From NCBI RefSeq assembly GCF_009914755.1, contig NC_060948.1: 64,000 bases of DNA; one strand, 5' to 3'. This DNA is from the human T2T-CHM13v2.0 reference genome, Homo sapiens. The translations under genes and the position numbers were made by a program. The notes under the pieces are model-generated. The model was not told the DNA's origin. It made no database searches and saw only the letters and a program-made list of their open reading frames with translations. Position 1 is the stretch's first letter. Each line of letters starts with the position of its first letter. Of this stretch, positions 39,631 through 58,981 are shown one piece after another.

Positions 39631-41735
39631 AGATCCATATTTTTTAAATGAAAAAAAATTTCAAAGGTACTCTGCTTGGTACAATAATCAAATGTATAAA
39701 CTGAGGAATAAAACATAACCATGAAACCTACTTATAACTGCATATGGAAAATACAGAGGATAATTTTTTAAATAACATATTTTGAAAGCCTTAACTAGTA
39801 ATTTGAAGAGTTGGCATTTGAAAGGCCAGTATGAATATACCTTCAAAGCAGCAACACAGGTTCCCCATGAGAAAAAGCAAACACAGGGAAAATAAAAACA
39901 CAAAGGTTCAATCTCTTCTGACCTTTGAAAGACACAGCACAGACAGTGGTCCTTAGGACGAAGAGCAGGAGACCCCTAATTCCGTCACCATGGCGATAGG
40001 GCATAAACATTGCTGGGTGAGTGCACAATCCACATTGTGAGGTCCAACTGCTGCCAGGAAGACAGGAGTGCTTTTACATAGACCGAAAGGTCATTGAAGG
40101 CTCAGAGTTTTGTTTCAAGAACTGAATCCCAAGCCCACACGTTATTAGGCTGCGCTTCTTAAAACAAGTTATGAGATGGGAAAAAGGGCACCCACAAACA
40201 TACGTATACATTATGTATATAATAATATACAGTATCATATATATAATATATATAACCTATGTATAATATTGTTTTACATCCTGCATCTTATGTTATATAT
40301 ATTGTATAAAATATAATAATTGATAATATATAAGTTTTATATTTATACAATATGACATATAATATATATTATAATTTATGACATATATAATATATGTTAT
40401 ATATCATATATAGAATATATTATACGGTTAATATACGTATTAAATATAAATTATACATTATATATATTATATATAATATATCTGTTATATATAATAACCA
40501 TTATGCATAATATATATATTATGTCTATGTTATATATAGTATAAAACAACATATAATAATATATAATTGTATATGTAAAATGCGACATATAATATATATT
40601 ATATTTTATAACATATGTAATATATATTATACATTATATATAATACGTTGTAGGAATAATACCTATATTAAATATATATTATATGACTATGTTATTAATT
40701 ACATGTCACATGTGTTATATATTATATATTTTACATAGAATATACCGGTTGCATACAATATATACTATGTTACCTATAATGTATAATTTATAACATGTAA
40801 AATAAAGAATGCAATATATTATGTATAATTTATAATATACAATATGTGGAATGTGATATATATAACATATAATATATGATATATGATATACAGTATATGA
40901 TATATAACATACAATATATGATTCCTAATATATATGGTATACAATATATATTTTATGATATGTATTCTATACGTTTTATATTCTGTTATATATAACTATT
41001 TGAAATTATATATAACTGTATAATATTTTATGTAAATATGTAATATAATATATATAACTATATAATATATTATATATAACTATATATTATGTTATATATA
41101 CTTTTATAACATAATTTACATAAAATATCATAATATAATATATATTATATTATTTCATATTACATAATATATATTACATATCACACAATATAACTAACAT
41201 ACATAATATTATAATATAGATTATATTGTGTTATATTAAATATCATATATATCATGTATCATATATTCTATAATATATAATACACATTATATAATATGTA
41301 TGTTGTCTATTATGTGATATATATAACTATATATATAATTATATTTTTATACATATAACTAGATAAACATGTAATTCTACATATTTTCATTTATAATATG
41401 TAGAATTATATAATCATATATAATTATTTATATTCTATAAAAAATTTTATCATTATATAAATTATAATATATAAAAATTATAATATGTACTACAAATATA
41501 TATATTATATATCATATATGCTATAGTTCCTTTGTTATATATCATAATACATATAAATGTGTATTATGTTATCTATAATTATATAATTTCATATATAAGT
41601 TGTATAATATGTATCATATATTATATATGTTATGTAATATATATAGTATATATAAGATGACACAGGATAAATATTATATACTATGACATATAAAATATAT
41701 GAGGTTATATGTTACATATAAGGCATAGCACATAA

Positions 41736-42050
<315 letters not shown>

Positions 42051-44155
42051 AGATCCATATTTTTTAAATGAAAAAAAATTTCAAAGGTACTCTGCTTGGT
42101 ACAATAATCAAATGTATAAACTGAGGAATAAAACATAACCATGAAACCTACTTATAACTGCATATGGAAAATACAGAGGATAATTTTTTAAATAACATAT
42201 TTTGAAAGCCTTAACTAGTAATTTGAAGAGTTGGCATTTGAAAGGCCAGTATGAATATACCTTCAAAGCAGCAACACAGGTTCCCCATGAGAAAAAGCAA
42301 ACACAGGGAAAATAAAAACACAAAGGTTCAATCTCTTCTGACCTTTGAAAGACACAGCACAGACAGTGGTCCTTAGGACGAAGAGCAGGAGACCCCTAAT
42401 TCCGTCACCATGGCGATAGGGCATAAACATTGCTGGGTGAGGGCACAATCCACATTGTGAGGTCCAACTGCTGCCAGGAAGACAGGAGTGCTTTTACATA
42501 GACCGAAAGGTCATTGAAGGCTCAGAGTTTTGTTTCAAGAACTGAATCCCAAGCCCACACGTTATTAGGCTGCGCTTCTTAAAACAAGTTATGAGATGGG
42601 AAAAAGGGCACCCACAAACATACGTATACATTATGTATATAATAATATACAGTATCATATATATAATATATATAACCTATGTATAACATTGTTTTACATC
42701 CTGCATCTTATGTTATATATATTGTATAAAATATAATAATTGATAATATATAAGTTTTATAATTATACAGTAAGACATATAGTATATATTATAATTTATG
42801 ACATATGTAATATATGTTATAAGTCATATATAGAATATATTATACGGTTAATATACGTATTAAATATAAATTATACATTATATATATTATATATAATATA
42901 TCTGTTATATATAATACCCATTATGCATAATATATATATTATGTCTATGTTATATATAGTATAAAACAACATATAATAATATATAAATGTATATATAAAA
43001 TGCGACATATAATATATATTATATTTTATAACATATGTAATATATATTATATATTATATATAATATGTTGTATGTATAATACCTATATTAAATATATATT
43101 ATATGACTATGTTATTAATTACATGTCACATGTGTTATATATTATATATTTTACATAGAATATACCGGTTACATACAACATATACTATGTTACCTATAAT
43201 GTATAATTTATTACCTGTAAAATAAAGAATGCAATATATTATGTATAATTTATAATATACCATATGTGGAATGTGATATATATAACATATAATATATGAT
43301 ATATGATATACAGTATATGATATATAACATACAATATATGATTCCTAATATATATGGTATACAATATATATTTTATGATATGTATTCTATATGTTTTATA
43401 TTCTGTTATATATAACTATTTGAAATTATATATAACTCTATAATATTTTATGTAAATATGTAATATAATATATATAACTATATAATATATTATATATAAC
43501 TATATATTATATTATATATACTTTTATAACATAATTTACATAAAATATCATAATATAATATATATTATATTATTTCATATTACATAATACATATTACATA
43601 TCACCCAATATAACTAACATACATAATATTATAATATAGATTATATTGTGTTATATTAAATATCATATATATCATGTATCATATATTCTATAATATATAT
43701 TACACATTATATAATATGTATGTTGTCTATTATGTGATATATATAACTATATATATAATTATATTTTTATACATATAACTAGATAAACATGTAATTCTAC
43801 ATATTTTCATTTATAATATGTAGAATTATATAATCATATATAATTATTTATATTCTATAAAAAATTTTATCATTATATAAATTATAATATATAAAAATTA
43901 TAATATGTACTACAAATATATATATTATATATCATATATGCTATAGTACCTTTGTTATATATCATAATACATATAAATGTGTATTATGTTATCTATAATT
44001 ATATAATTTCATATATAAGTTGTATAATATGTTTCATATATTATATATGTTATGTAATATATATAGTATACATAAGATGACACAGGATAAATATTATATA
44101 CTATGACATATAAAATATATGAGGTTATATGTTACATATAAGGCATAGCACATAA

Positions 44156-44470
<315 letters not shown>

Positions 44471-46568
44471 AGATCCATATTTTTTAAATGAAAAAAAATT
44501 TCAAAGGTACTCTGCTTGGTACAATAATCAAATGTATAAACTGAGGAATAAAACATAACCATGAAACCTACTTATAACTGCATATGGAAAATACAGAGGA
44601 TAATTTTTTAAATAACATATTTTGAAAGCCTTAACTAGTAATTTGAAGAGTTGGCATTTGAAAGGCCAGTATGAATATACCTTCAAAGCAGCAACACAGG
44701 TTCCCCATGAGAAAAAGCAAACACAGGGAAAATAAAAACACAAAGGTTCAATCTCTTCTGACCTTTGAAAGACACAGCACAGACAGTGGTCCTTAGGACG
44801 AAGAGCAGGAGACCCCTAATTCCGTCACCATGGCGATAGGGCATAAACATTGCTGGATGAGGGCACAATCCACATTGTGAGGTCCAACTGCTGCCAGGAA
44901 GACAGGAGTGCTTTTACATAGACCGAAAGGTCATTGAAGGCTCAGAGTTTTGTTTCAAGAACTGAATCCCAAGCCCACACGTTATTAGGCTGCGCTTCTT
45001 ATAACAAGTTATGAGATGGGAAAAAGGGCATCCACAAACATACGTATACATTATGTATATAATAATATACAGTGTCATATATATAATATATATAACCTAT
45101 GTATAATATTGTTTTACATCCTGCATCTTATGTTATATATATTGTATAAAATATAATAATTGATAATATATAAGTTTTATATTTATACAATATGACATAT
45201 AGTATATATTATAATTTATGACATATATAATATATGTTATATATCATATATAGAATATATTATACGGTTAATATACGTATTAAATATAAATTATACATTA
45301 TATATATTATATATAATATATCTGTTATATATAATACCCATTATGCATAATATATATATTATGTCTATGTTATATATAGTATAAAACAACATATAATAAT
45401 ATATAATTGTATATATAAAATGCGACATATATTATATATTATATTTTATAACATATGTAATATATATTATATATAATACGTTGTATGTTTAATACCTATA
45501 TTAAATATATATTATATGACTATGTTATTAATTACATGTCACATGTGTTATATATTATATATTTTACATAGAATATACCGGTTACATACAACATATACTA
45601 TGTTACCTATAATGTATAATTTATTACATGTAAAATAAAGAATGCAATATATTATGTATAATTTATAATATACCATATGTGGAATGTGATATATATAACA
45701 TATAATATATGATATATGATATACAGTATATGATATATAACATACAATATATGATTCCTAATATATATGGTATACAATATATATTTTATGATATGTATTC
45801 TATATGTTTTATATTCTGTTATATATAACTATTTGAAATTATATATAACTCTATAATATTTTATGTAAATATGTAATATAATATATATAACTATATAATA
45901 TATTATATATAACTATATATTATATTATATATACTTTTATAACATGATTTACATAAAATATCATAATATAATATATATTATATTATTTCATATTACATAA
46001 TACATATTACATATCACCCAATATAACTAACATACATAATATTATAATATAGATTATATTATGTTATATTAAATATCATATATATCATGTATCATATATT
46101 CTATAATATATATTACACATTATATAATATGTATGTTGTCTATTATGTGATACATATAACTATATATATAATTATATTTTTATACATATAACTAGATAAA
46201 CCTGTAATTCTACATATTTTCATTTATAATATGTAGAATTATATAATCATATATAATTATTTATATTCTATAAAAAATTTTATCATTATATAAATTATAA
46301 TATATAAAAATTATAATATGTACTACAAATATATATATTATATATCATATATGCTATAGTACCTTTGTTATATATCATAATACATATAAATGTGTATTAT
46401 GTTATCTATAACTATATAATTTCATATATAAGTTGTATAATATGTATCATATATTATATATGTTATGTAATATATATAGTATATATAAGATGACACAGGA
46501 TAAATATTATATACTATGACATATAAAATATATGAGGTTATATGTTACATATAAGGCATAGCACATAA

Positions 46569-46883
<315 letters not shown>

Positions 46884-48988
46884 AGATCCATATTTTTTAA
46901 ATGAAAAAAAATTTCAAAGGTACTCTGCTTGGTACAATAATCAAATGTATAAACTGAGGAATAAAACATAACCATGAAACCTACTTATAACTGCATATGG
47001 AAAATACAGAGGATAATTTTTTAAATAACATATTTTGAAAGCCTTAACTAGTAATTTGAAGAGTTGGCATTTGAAAGGCCAGTATGAATATACCTTCAAA
47101 GCAGCAACACAGGTTCCCCATGAGAAAAAGCAAACACAGGGAAAATAAAAACACAAAGGTTCAATCTCTTCTGACCTTTGAAAGACACAGCACAGACAGT
47201 GGTCCTTAGGACGAAGAGCAGGAGACCCCTAATTCCGTCACCATGGCGATAGGGCATAAACATTGCTGGGTGAGTGCACAATCCACATTGTGAGGTCCAA
47301 CTGCTGCCAGGAAGACAGGAGTGCTTTTACATAGACCGAAAGGTCATTGAAGGCTCAGAGTTTTGTTTCAAGAACTGAATCCCAAGCCCACACGTTATTA
47401 GGCTGCGCTTCTTAAAACAAGTTATGAGATGGGAAAAAGGGCACCCACAAACATACGTATACATTATGTATATAATAATATACAGTATCATATATATAAT
47501 ATATATAACCTATGTATAATATTGTTTTACATCCTGCATCTTATGTTATATATATTGTATAAAATATAATAATTGATAATATATAAGTTTTATATTTATA
47601 CAATATGACATATAATATATATTATAATTTATGACATATATAATATATGTTATATATCATATATAGAATATATTATACGGTTAATATACGTATTAAATAT
47701 AAATTATACATTATATATATTATATATAATATATCTGTTATATATAATAACCATTATGCATAATATATATATTATGTCTATGTTATATATAGTATAAAAC
47801 AACATATAATAATATATAATTGTATATGTAAAATGCGACATATAATATATATTATATTTTATAACATATGTAATATATATTATACATTATATATAATACG
47901 TTGTAGGAATAATACCTATATTAAATATATATTATATGACTATGTTATTAATTACATGTCACATGTGTTATATATTATATATTTTACATAGAATATACCG
48001 GTTGCATACAATATATACTATGTTACCTATAATGTATAATTTATAACATGTAAAATAAAGAATGCAATATATTATGTATAATTTATAATATACAATATGT
48101 GGAATGTGATATATATAACATATAATATATGATATATGATATACAGTATATGATATATAACATACAATATATGATTCCTAATATATATGGTATACAATAT
48201 ATATTTTATGATATGTATTCTATACGTTTTATATTCTGTTATATATAACTATTTGAAATTATATATAACTGTATAATATTTTATGTAAATATGTAATATA
48301 ATATATATAACTATATAATATATTATATATAACTATATATTATGTTATATATACTTTTATAACATAATTTACATAAAATATCATAATATAATATATATTA
48401 TATTATTTCATATTACATAATATATATTACATATCACACAATATAACTAACATACATAATATTATAATATAGATTATATTGTGTTATATTAAATATCATA
48501 TATATCATGTATCATATATTCTATAATATATAATACACATTATATAATATGTATGTTGTCTATTATGTGATATATATAACTATATATATAATTATATTTT
48601 TATACATATAACTAGATAAACATGTAATTCTACATATTTTCATTTATAATATGTAGAATTATATAATCATATATAATTATTTATATTCTATAAAAAATTT
48701 TATCATTATATAAATTATAATATATAAAAATTATAATATGTACTACAAATATATATATTATATATCATATATGCTATAGTTCCTTTGTTATATATCATAA
48801 TACATATAAATGTGTATTATGTTATCTATAATTATATAATTTCATATATAAGTTGTATAATATGTATCATATATTATATATGTTATGTAATATATATAGT
48901 ATATATAAGATGACACAGGATAAATATTATATACTATGACATATAAAATATATGAGGTTATATGTTACATATAAGGCATAGCACATAA

Positions 48989-49303
<315 letters not shown>

Positions 49304-51408
49304 AGATCCATATTTTTTAAATGAAAAAAAATTTCAAAGGTACTCTGCTTGGTACAATAATCAAATGTATAAACTGAGGAATAAAACATAACCATGAAAC
49401 CTACTTATAACTGCATATGGAAAATACAGAGGATAATTTTTTAAATAACATATTTTGAAAGCCTTAACTAGTAATTTGAAGAGTTGGCATTTGAAAGGCC
49501 AGTATGAATATACCTTCAAAGCAGCAACACAGGTTCCCCATGAGAAAAAGCAAACACAGGGAAAATAAAAACACAAAGGTTCAATCTCTTCTGACCTTTG
49601 AAAGACACAGCACAGACAGTGGTCCTTAGGACGAAGAGCAGGAGACCCCTAATTCCGTCACCATGGCGATAGGGCATAAACATTGCTGGGTGAGGGCACA
49701 ATCCACATTGTGAGGTCCAACTGCTGCCAGGAAGACAGGAGTGCTTTTACATAGACCGAAAGGTCATTGAAGGCTCAGAGTTTTGTTTCAAGAACTGAAT
49801 CCCAAGCCCACACGTTATTAGGCTGCGCTTCTTAAAACAAGTTATGAGATGGGAAAAAGGGCACCCACAAACATACGTATACATTATGTATATAATAATA
49901 TACAGTATCATATATATAATATATATAACCTATGTATAACATTGTTTTACATCCTGCATCTTATGTTATATATATTGTATAAAATATAATAATTGATAAT
50001 ATATAAGTTTTATAATTATACAGTAAGACATATAGTATATATTATAATTTATGACATATGTAATATATGTTATAAGTCATATATAGAATATATTATACGG
50101 TTAATATACGTATTAAATATAAATTATACATTATATATATTATATATAATATATCTGTTATATATAATACCCATTATGCATAATATATATATTATGTCTA
50201 TGTTATATATAGTATAAAACAACATATAATAATATATAAATGTATATATAAAATGCGACATATAATATATATTATATTTTATAACATATGTAATATATAT
50301 TATATATTATATATAATATGTTGTATGTATAATACCTATATTAAATATATATTATATGACTATGTTATTAATTACATGTCACATGTGTTATATATTATAT
50401 ATTTTACATAGAATATACCGGTTACATACAACATATACTATGTTACCTATAATGTATAATTTATTACCTGTAAAATAAAGAATGCAATATATTATGTATA
50501 ATTTATAATATACCATATGTGGAATGTGATATATATAACATATAATATATGATATATGATATACAGTATATGATATATAACATACAATATATGATTCCTA
50601 ATATATATGGTATACAATATATATTTTATGATATGTATTCTATATGTTTTATATTCTGTTATATATAACTATTTGAAATTATATATAACTCTATAATATT
50701 TTATGTAAATATGTAATATAATATATATAACTATATAATATATTATATATAACTATATATTATATTATATATACTTTTATAACATAATTTACATAAAATA
50801 TCATAATATAATATATATTATATTATTTCATATTACATAATACATATTACATATCACCCAATATAACTAACATACATAATATTATAATATAGATTATATT
50901 GTGTTATATTAAATATCATATATATCATGTATCATATATTCTATAATATATATTACACATTATATAATATGTATGTTGTCTATTATGTGATATATATAAC
51001 TATATATATAATTATATTTTTATACATATAACTAGATAAACATGTAATTCTACATATTTTCATTTATAATATGTAGAATTATATAATCATATATAATTAT
51101 TTATATTCTATAAAAAATTTTATCATTATATAAATTATAATATATAAGAATTATAATATGTACTACAAATATATATATTATATATCATATATGCTATAGT
51201 TCCTTTGTTATATATCATAATACATATAAATGTGTATTATGTTATCTATAATTATATAATTTCATATATAAGTTGTATAATATGTATCATATATTATATA
51301 TGTTATGTAATATATATAGTATATATAAGATGACACAGGATAAATATTATATACTATGACATATAAAATATATGAGGTTATATGTTACATATAAGGCATA
51401 TCACATAA

Positions 51409-51723
<315 letters not shown>

Positions 51724-53830
51724 AGATCCATATTTTTTAAATGAAAAAAAATTTCAAAGGTACTCTGCTTGGTACAATAATCAAATGTATAAACTGAGGA
51801 ATAAAACATAACCATGAAACCTACTTATAACTGCATATGGAAAATACAGAGGATAATTTTTTAAATAACATATTTTGAAAGCCTTAACTAGTAATTTGAA
51901 GAGTTGGCATTTGAAAGGCCAGTATGAATATACCTTCAAAGCAGCAACACAGGTTCCCCATGAGAAAAAGCAAACACAGGGAAAATAAAAACACAAAGGT
52001 TCAATCTCTTCTGACCTTTGAAAGACACAGCACAGACAGTGGTCCTTAGGACGAAGAGCAGGAGACCCCTAATTCCGTCACCATGGCGATAGGGCATAAA
52101 CATTGCTGGGTGAGGGCACAATCCACATTGTGAGGTCCAACTGCTGCCAGGAAGACAGGAGTGCTTTTACATAGACCGAAAGGTCACTGAAGGCTCAGAG
52201 TTTTGTTTCAAGAACTGAATCCCAAGCCCACACGTTATTAGGCTGCGCTTCTTAAAACAAGTTATGAGATGGGAAAAAGGGCACCCACAAACATACGTAT
52301 ACATTATGTATATAATAATATATAGTATCATATATATAATATATATAACCTATGTATAATATTGTTTTACATCCTGCATCTTATGTTATATATATTGTAT
52401 AAAATATAATAATTGATAATATATAAGTTTTATAATTATACAGTAAGACATATAGTATATATTATAATTTATGACATATGTAATATATGTTATAAGTCAT
52501 ATATAGAATATATTATACGGTTAATATACGTATTAAATATAAATTATACATTATATATATTATATATAATATATCTGTTATATATAATACCCATTATGCA
52601 TAATATATATATTATGTCTATGTTATATATAGTATAAAACAACATATAATAATATATAAATGTATATATAAAATGCGACATATAATATATATTATATTTT
52701 ATAACATATGTAATATATATTATATATTATATATAATATGTTGTATGTATAATACCTATATTAAATATATATTATATGACTATGTTATTAATTACATGTC
52801 ACATGTGTTATATATTATATATTTTACATAGAATATACCGGTTACATACAACATATACTATGTTACCTATAATGTATAATTTATTACCTGTAAAATAAAG
52901 AATGCAATATATTATGTAAAATTTATAATATACCATATGTGGAATGTCATATATTTAACTTATAATATATGATATATGATATACAGTATATGATATATAA
53001 CATACAATATATGATTCCTAATATATATGGTATACAATATATATTTTATGATATGTATTCTATATGTTTTATATTCTGTTATATATAACTATTTGAAATT
53101 ATATATAACTGTATAATATTTTATGTAAATATGTAATATAATATATATAACTATATAATATATTATATATAACTATATATTATGTTATATATACTTTTAT
53201 AACATAATTTACATAAAATATCATAATATAATATATATTATATTATTTCATATTACATAATATATATTACATATCACCCAATATAACTAACATACATAAT
53301 ATTATAATATAGATTATATTGTGTTATATTAAATATCATATATATCATGTATCATATATTCTATAATATATATTACACACTATATAATTTGTATGTTGTC
53401 TATTATGTGATATATATAACTCTATATATGTAATTATATTTTTATACATATAACTAGATAAACATGTAATTCTACATATTTTCATTTATAATATGTAGAA
53501 TTATATAATCATATATAATTATTTATATGCTATAAAAAATTTTATCATTCTATAAATTATAATATATAAAAATTATAATATGTACTACAAATATATCTAT
53601 TATATATCATATATGATATAGTACCTTTGTTATATATCATAATACATATAAATGTGTATTATGTTATCTATAATTATATAATTTCATATATAAGATGTAT
53701 AATATGTATCATATATTATATATGTTATGTAATATATATAGTATATATAAGATGACACAGGATAAATATTATATACTATGACATATAAAATATATGAGGT
53801 TATATGTTACATATAAGGCATAGCACATAA

Positions 53831-54145
<315 letters not shown>

Positions 54146-56249
54146 AGATCCATATTTTTTAAATGAAAAAAAATTTCAAAGGTACTCTGCTTGGTACAAT
54201 AATCAAATGTATAAACTGAGGAATAAAACATAACCATGAAACCTACTTATAACTGCATATGGAAAATACAGAGGATAATTTTTTAAATAACATATTTTGA
54301 AAGCCTTAACTAGTAATTTGAAGAGTTGGCATTTGAAAGGCCAGTATGAATATACCTTCAAAGCAGCAACACAGGTTCCCCATGAGAAAAAGCAAACACA
54401 GGGAAAATAAAAACACAAAGGTTCAATCTCTTCTGACCTTTGAAAGACACAGCACAGACAGTGGTCCTTAGGACGAAGAGCAGGAGACCCCTAATTCCGT
54501 CACCATGGCGATAGGGCATAAACATTGCTGGGTGAGGGCACAATCCACATTGTGAGGTCCAACTGCTGCCAGGAAGACAGGAGTGCTTTTACATAGACCG
54601 AAAGGTCATTGAAGGCTCAGAGTTTTGTTTCAAGAACTGAATCCCAAGCCCACACGTTATTAGGCTGTGCTTCTTAAAACAAGTTATGAGATGGGAAAAA
54701 GGGCACCCACAAACATACGTATACATTATGTATATAATAATATACAGTATCATATATATAATATATATAACCTATGTATAATATTGTTTTACATGCTGCA
54801 TCTTATGTTATATATATTGTATAAAATATAATAATTGATAATATATAAGTTTTATAATTATACAATATGACATATAGTATATATTATAATTTATGACATA
54901 CATAATATATGTTATATGTCATATATAGAATATATTATACGGTTAACATACGTATTAAATATAAATTATACATTGTATATATTATATATAATATATCTGT
55001 TATATATAATACCCATTATGCATAATATATATATTATGTCTATGTTATATATAGTATAAAACAACATATAATAATATATAATTGTATATATAAAATGCGA
55101 CATATAATATATATTATATTTTATAACATATGTAATATATATTATATATTATATATAATACGTTGTATGTATAATACCTATATTAAATATATATTATATG
55201 ACTATGTTATTAATTACATGTCACATGTGTTATATATTATATATTTTACATAGAATATACCGGTTACATACAATATATACTATGTTACCTATAATGTATA
55301 ATTTATTACCTGTAAAATAAAGAATGCAATATATTATGTAAAATTTATAATATACCATATGTGGAATGTCATATATATAACATATAATATATGATATATG
55401 ATATACAGTATATGATATATAACATACAATATATGATTCCTAATATATATGATATACAATATATATTTTATGATATGTATTCTATATGTTTTATATTCTG
55501 TTATATATAACTATTTGAAATTATATATAACTGTATAATATTTTATGTAAATATGTAATATAATATATATAACTATATAATATATTATATATAACTATAT
55601 ATTATGTTATATATACTTTTATAACATAATTTACATAAAATATCATAATATAATATATATTATATTATTTCATATTACATAATATATATTACATATCACC
55701 CAATATAACTAACATACATAATATTATAATATAGATTATATTCTGTTATATTAAATATCATATATATCATGTATCATATATTCTATAATATATATTACAC
55801 ATTATATAATATGTATGTTGTCTATTATGTGATATATATAACTATATATATAATTATATTTTTATACATATAACTAGATAAACATGTAATTCTACATATT
55901 TTCATTTATAATATGTAGAATTATATAATCATATATAATTATTTATATTCTATAAAAATTTTATCATTGTATAAATTATAATATATAAAAATTATAATAT
56001 GTACTACAAATATATATATTATATATCATATATGGTATAGTACCTTTGTTATATATCATAATACATATAAATGTGTATGATGTTATCTATAATTATATAA
56101 TTTCATATATAAGATGTATAATATGTATCATATATTATATATGTTATGTAATATATATAGTATATATAAGATGACACAGGATAAATATTATATACTATGA
56201 CATATAAAATATATGAGGTTATATGTTACATATAAGGCATAGCACATAA

Positions 56250-56564
<315 letters not shown>

Positions 56565-58691
56565 AGATCCATATTTTTTAAATGAAAAAAAATTTCAAAG
56601 GTACTCTGCTTGGTACAATAATCAAATGTATAAACTGAGGAATAAAACATAACCATGAAACCTACTTATAACTGCATATGGAAAATACAGAGGATAATTT
56701 TTTAAATAACATATTTTGAAAGCCTTAACTAGTAATTTGAAGAGTTGGCATTTGAAAGGCCAGTATGAATATACCTTCAAAGCAGCAACACAGGTTCCCC
56801 ATGAGAAACAGCAAACTCAGGGAAAATAAAACCACAAAGGTTCAAGCTCTTCTGACCTTTGAAAGACACAGCACAGACAGTGGTCCTTAGGACGAAGACC
56901 AGGAGACCCCTAATTCCGTCACCATGGCGATAGGGCATAAACATTGCTGGGTGAGGGCACAATCCACATTGTGAGGTCCAACTGCTGCCAGGAAGACAGG
57001 AGTGCTTTTACATAGACCGAAATGTCATTGAAGGCTCAGAGTTTTGTTTCAAGAACTGAATCCCAAGCCCACACGTTATTAGGCTGCGCTTCTTAAAACA
57101 AGTTATGAGATGGGAAAAAGGGCACCCACAAACATACGTATACATTATGTATATAATAATATACAGTGTCATATATATAATATATATAACCTATGTATAA
57201 TATTGTTTTACATCCTGCATCTTATGTTATATATATTGTATAAAATATAATAATTGATAATATATAAGTTTTATAATTATACAATATGACATATAGTATA
57301 TATTATAATTTATGACATATATAATATATGTTTTATGTCATATATAGAATATATTATACGGTTAATATACGTATTAAATATAAATTATACATTATATATA
57401 TTATATATAATATATCTGTTATATATAATACCCATTATGCATAATATGTATATTATGTCTATGTTATATATAGTATAAAACAACATATAATAATATATAA
57501 TTGTATATATAAAATGCGACATATAATATATATTATATTTTATGACATATGTAATATATATTATATATTATATATAATACGTTGTATGTATAATACCTAT
57601 ATTAAATATATATTATATGACTATGTTATTAATTACATGTCACATGTGTTATATATTATATATTTTACATAGAATATACCGGTTACGTACAATATATACT
57701 ATGTTACCTATAATGTATAATTGATTACATGTAAAATAAAGAATGCAATATATTATGTATAATTTATAATATACAATATGTGGAATGTGATATATATAAC
57801 ATATAATATATGATATATGATATACAGTATATGATATATAACTTACAATATATGATACCTAGTATATATGGTATACAACATATATTTTATGATATGTATT
57901 CTATATGTTTTATATTCTGTTATATATAACTATTTGAAATTATATATAACTGTATAATATTTTATGTAAATATGTAATATAATATATATAACTATATAAT
58001 ATGTTATATATAACTATATATTATGTAATATATACTTTTATATCATAATTTACATAAAATGACATAAAATAATATATATTATATTATTTCATATTACATA
58101 ATATATATTACATATCACCCAATATAAGTAACATACATAATATTATAATATAGATTATATTATGTTATGTTAAATATCATATATATCATGTATCATATAT
58201 TCTATAATATATATTATACATTATATAATATGTATGTTGTCTATTATGTGATATATATAACTATATATTATTATATTATTATACATATAACTAGATAAAC
58301 ATGTAATTCTACATATTTTCATTTATAATATATAGAATTCTATAATCATATATAATTATTCATATTCTATAAAAAATTATATCATTATATAAATTATAAT
58401 ATAAAAAAATTATAATATGTACTACAAATATATATATTATATATCATATATGATATAGTACCTTTGTTATATATCACAATACATATAAATGTGTATTATG
58501 TTATCTATAATTATATAATTTCATATATAAGATGTATAATATGTATTATATATTGTATATGTTATGTAATATATATAGTATATATAAGCTGACACAGGAT
58601 AAATATTATATACTATGACATATAAAATATATGAGGTTATATGTTACATATAAGGCATAGCACATAACATGTAATATATATCATATATATA

Positions 58692-58981
58692 TTTTTTTAG
58701 ACAGAGTCTTGTCGTGTTGCACAGGGTGGAGTACAATGGCGCCACCTTTGCTCACTGCAACATCTGCCTCACGGGTCCAAGCGATTGTCCTCCCTCAGCC
58801 TCCCAGGTAGCTGGGACTACACCACACTGGGAGTACACCAGCTGCCACCATGCCTAGCTAATTTTTTGGATTTTTAGTAGTGACAGCGTTTCACTGTATT
58901 GGCCAGGATGGTCTTGATCTCTTCACCTTGTGATCCCCTTGCCTTGGCCTCCAAATTTGCTGGGATTACAGGCCTGAGCCA
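58692..58981 (-). mobile_element. Alu copy 25 (variant subtype, T7 tail)
   Basis: acagagtcttgtcgtgttgcacagggtggagtac... Confidence 0.95.
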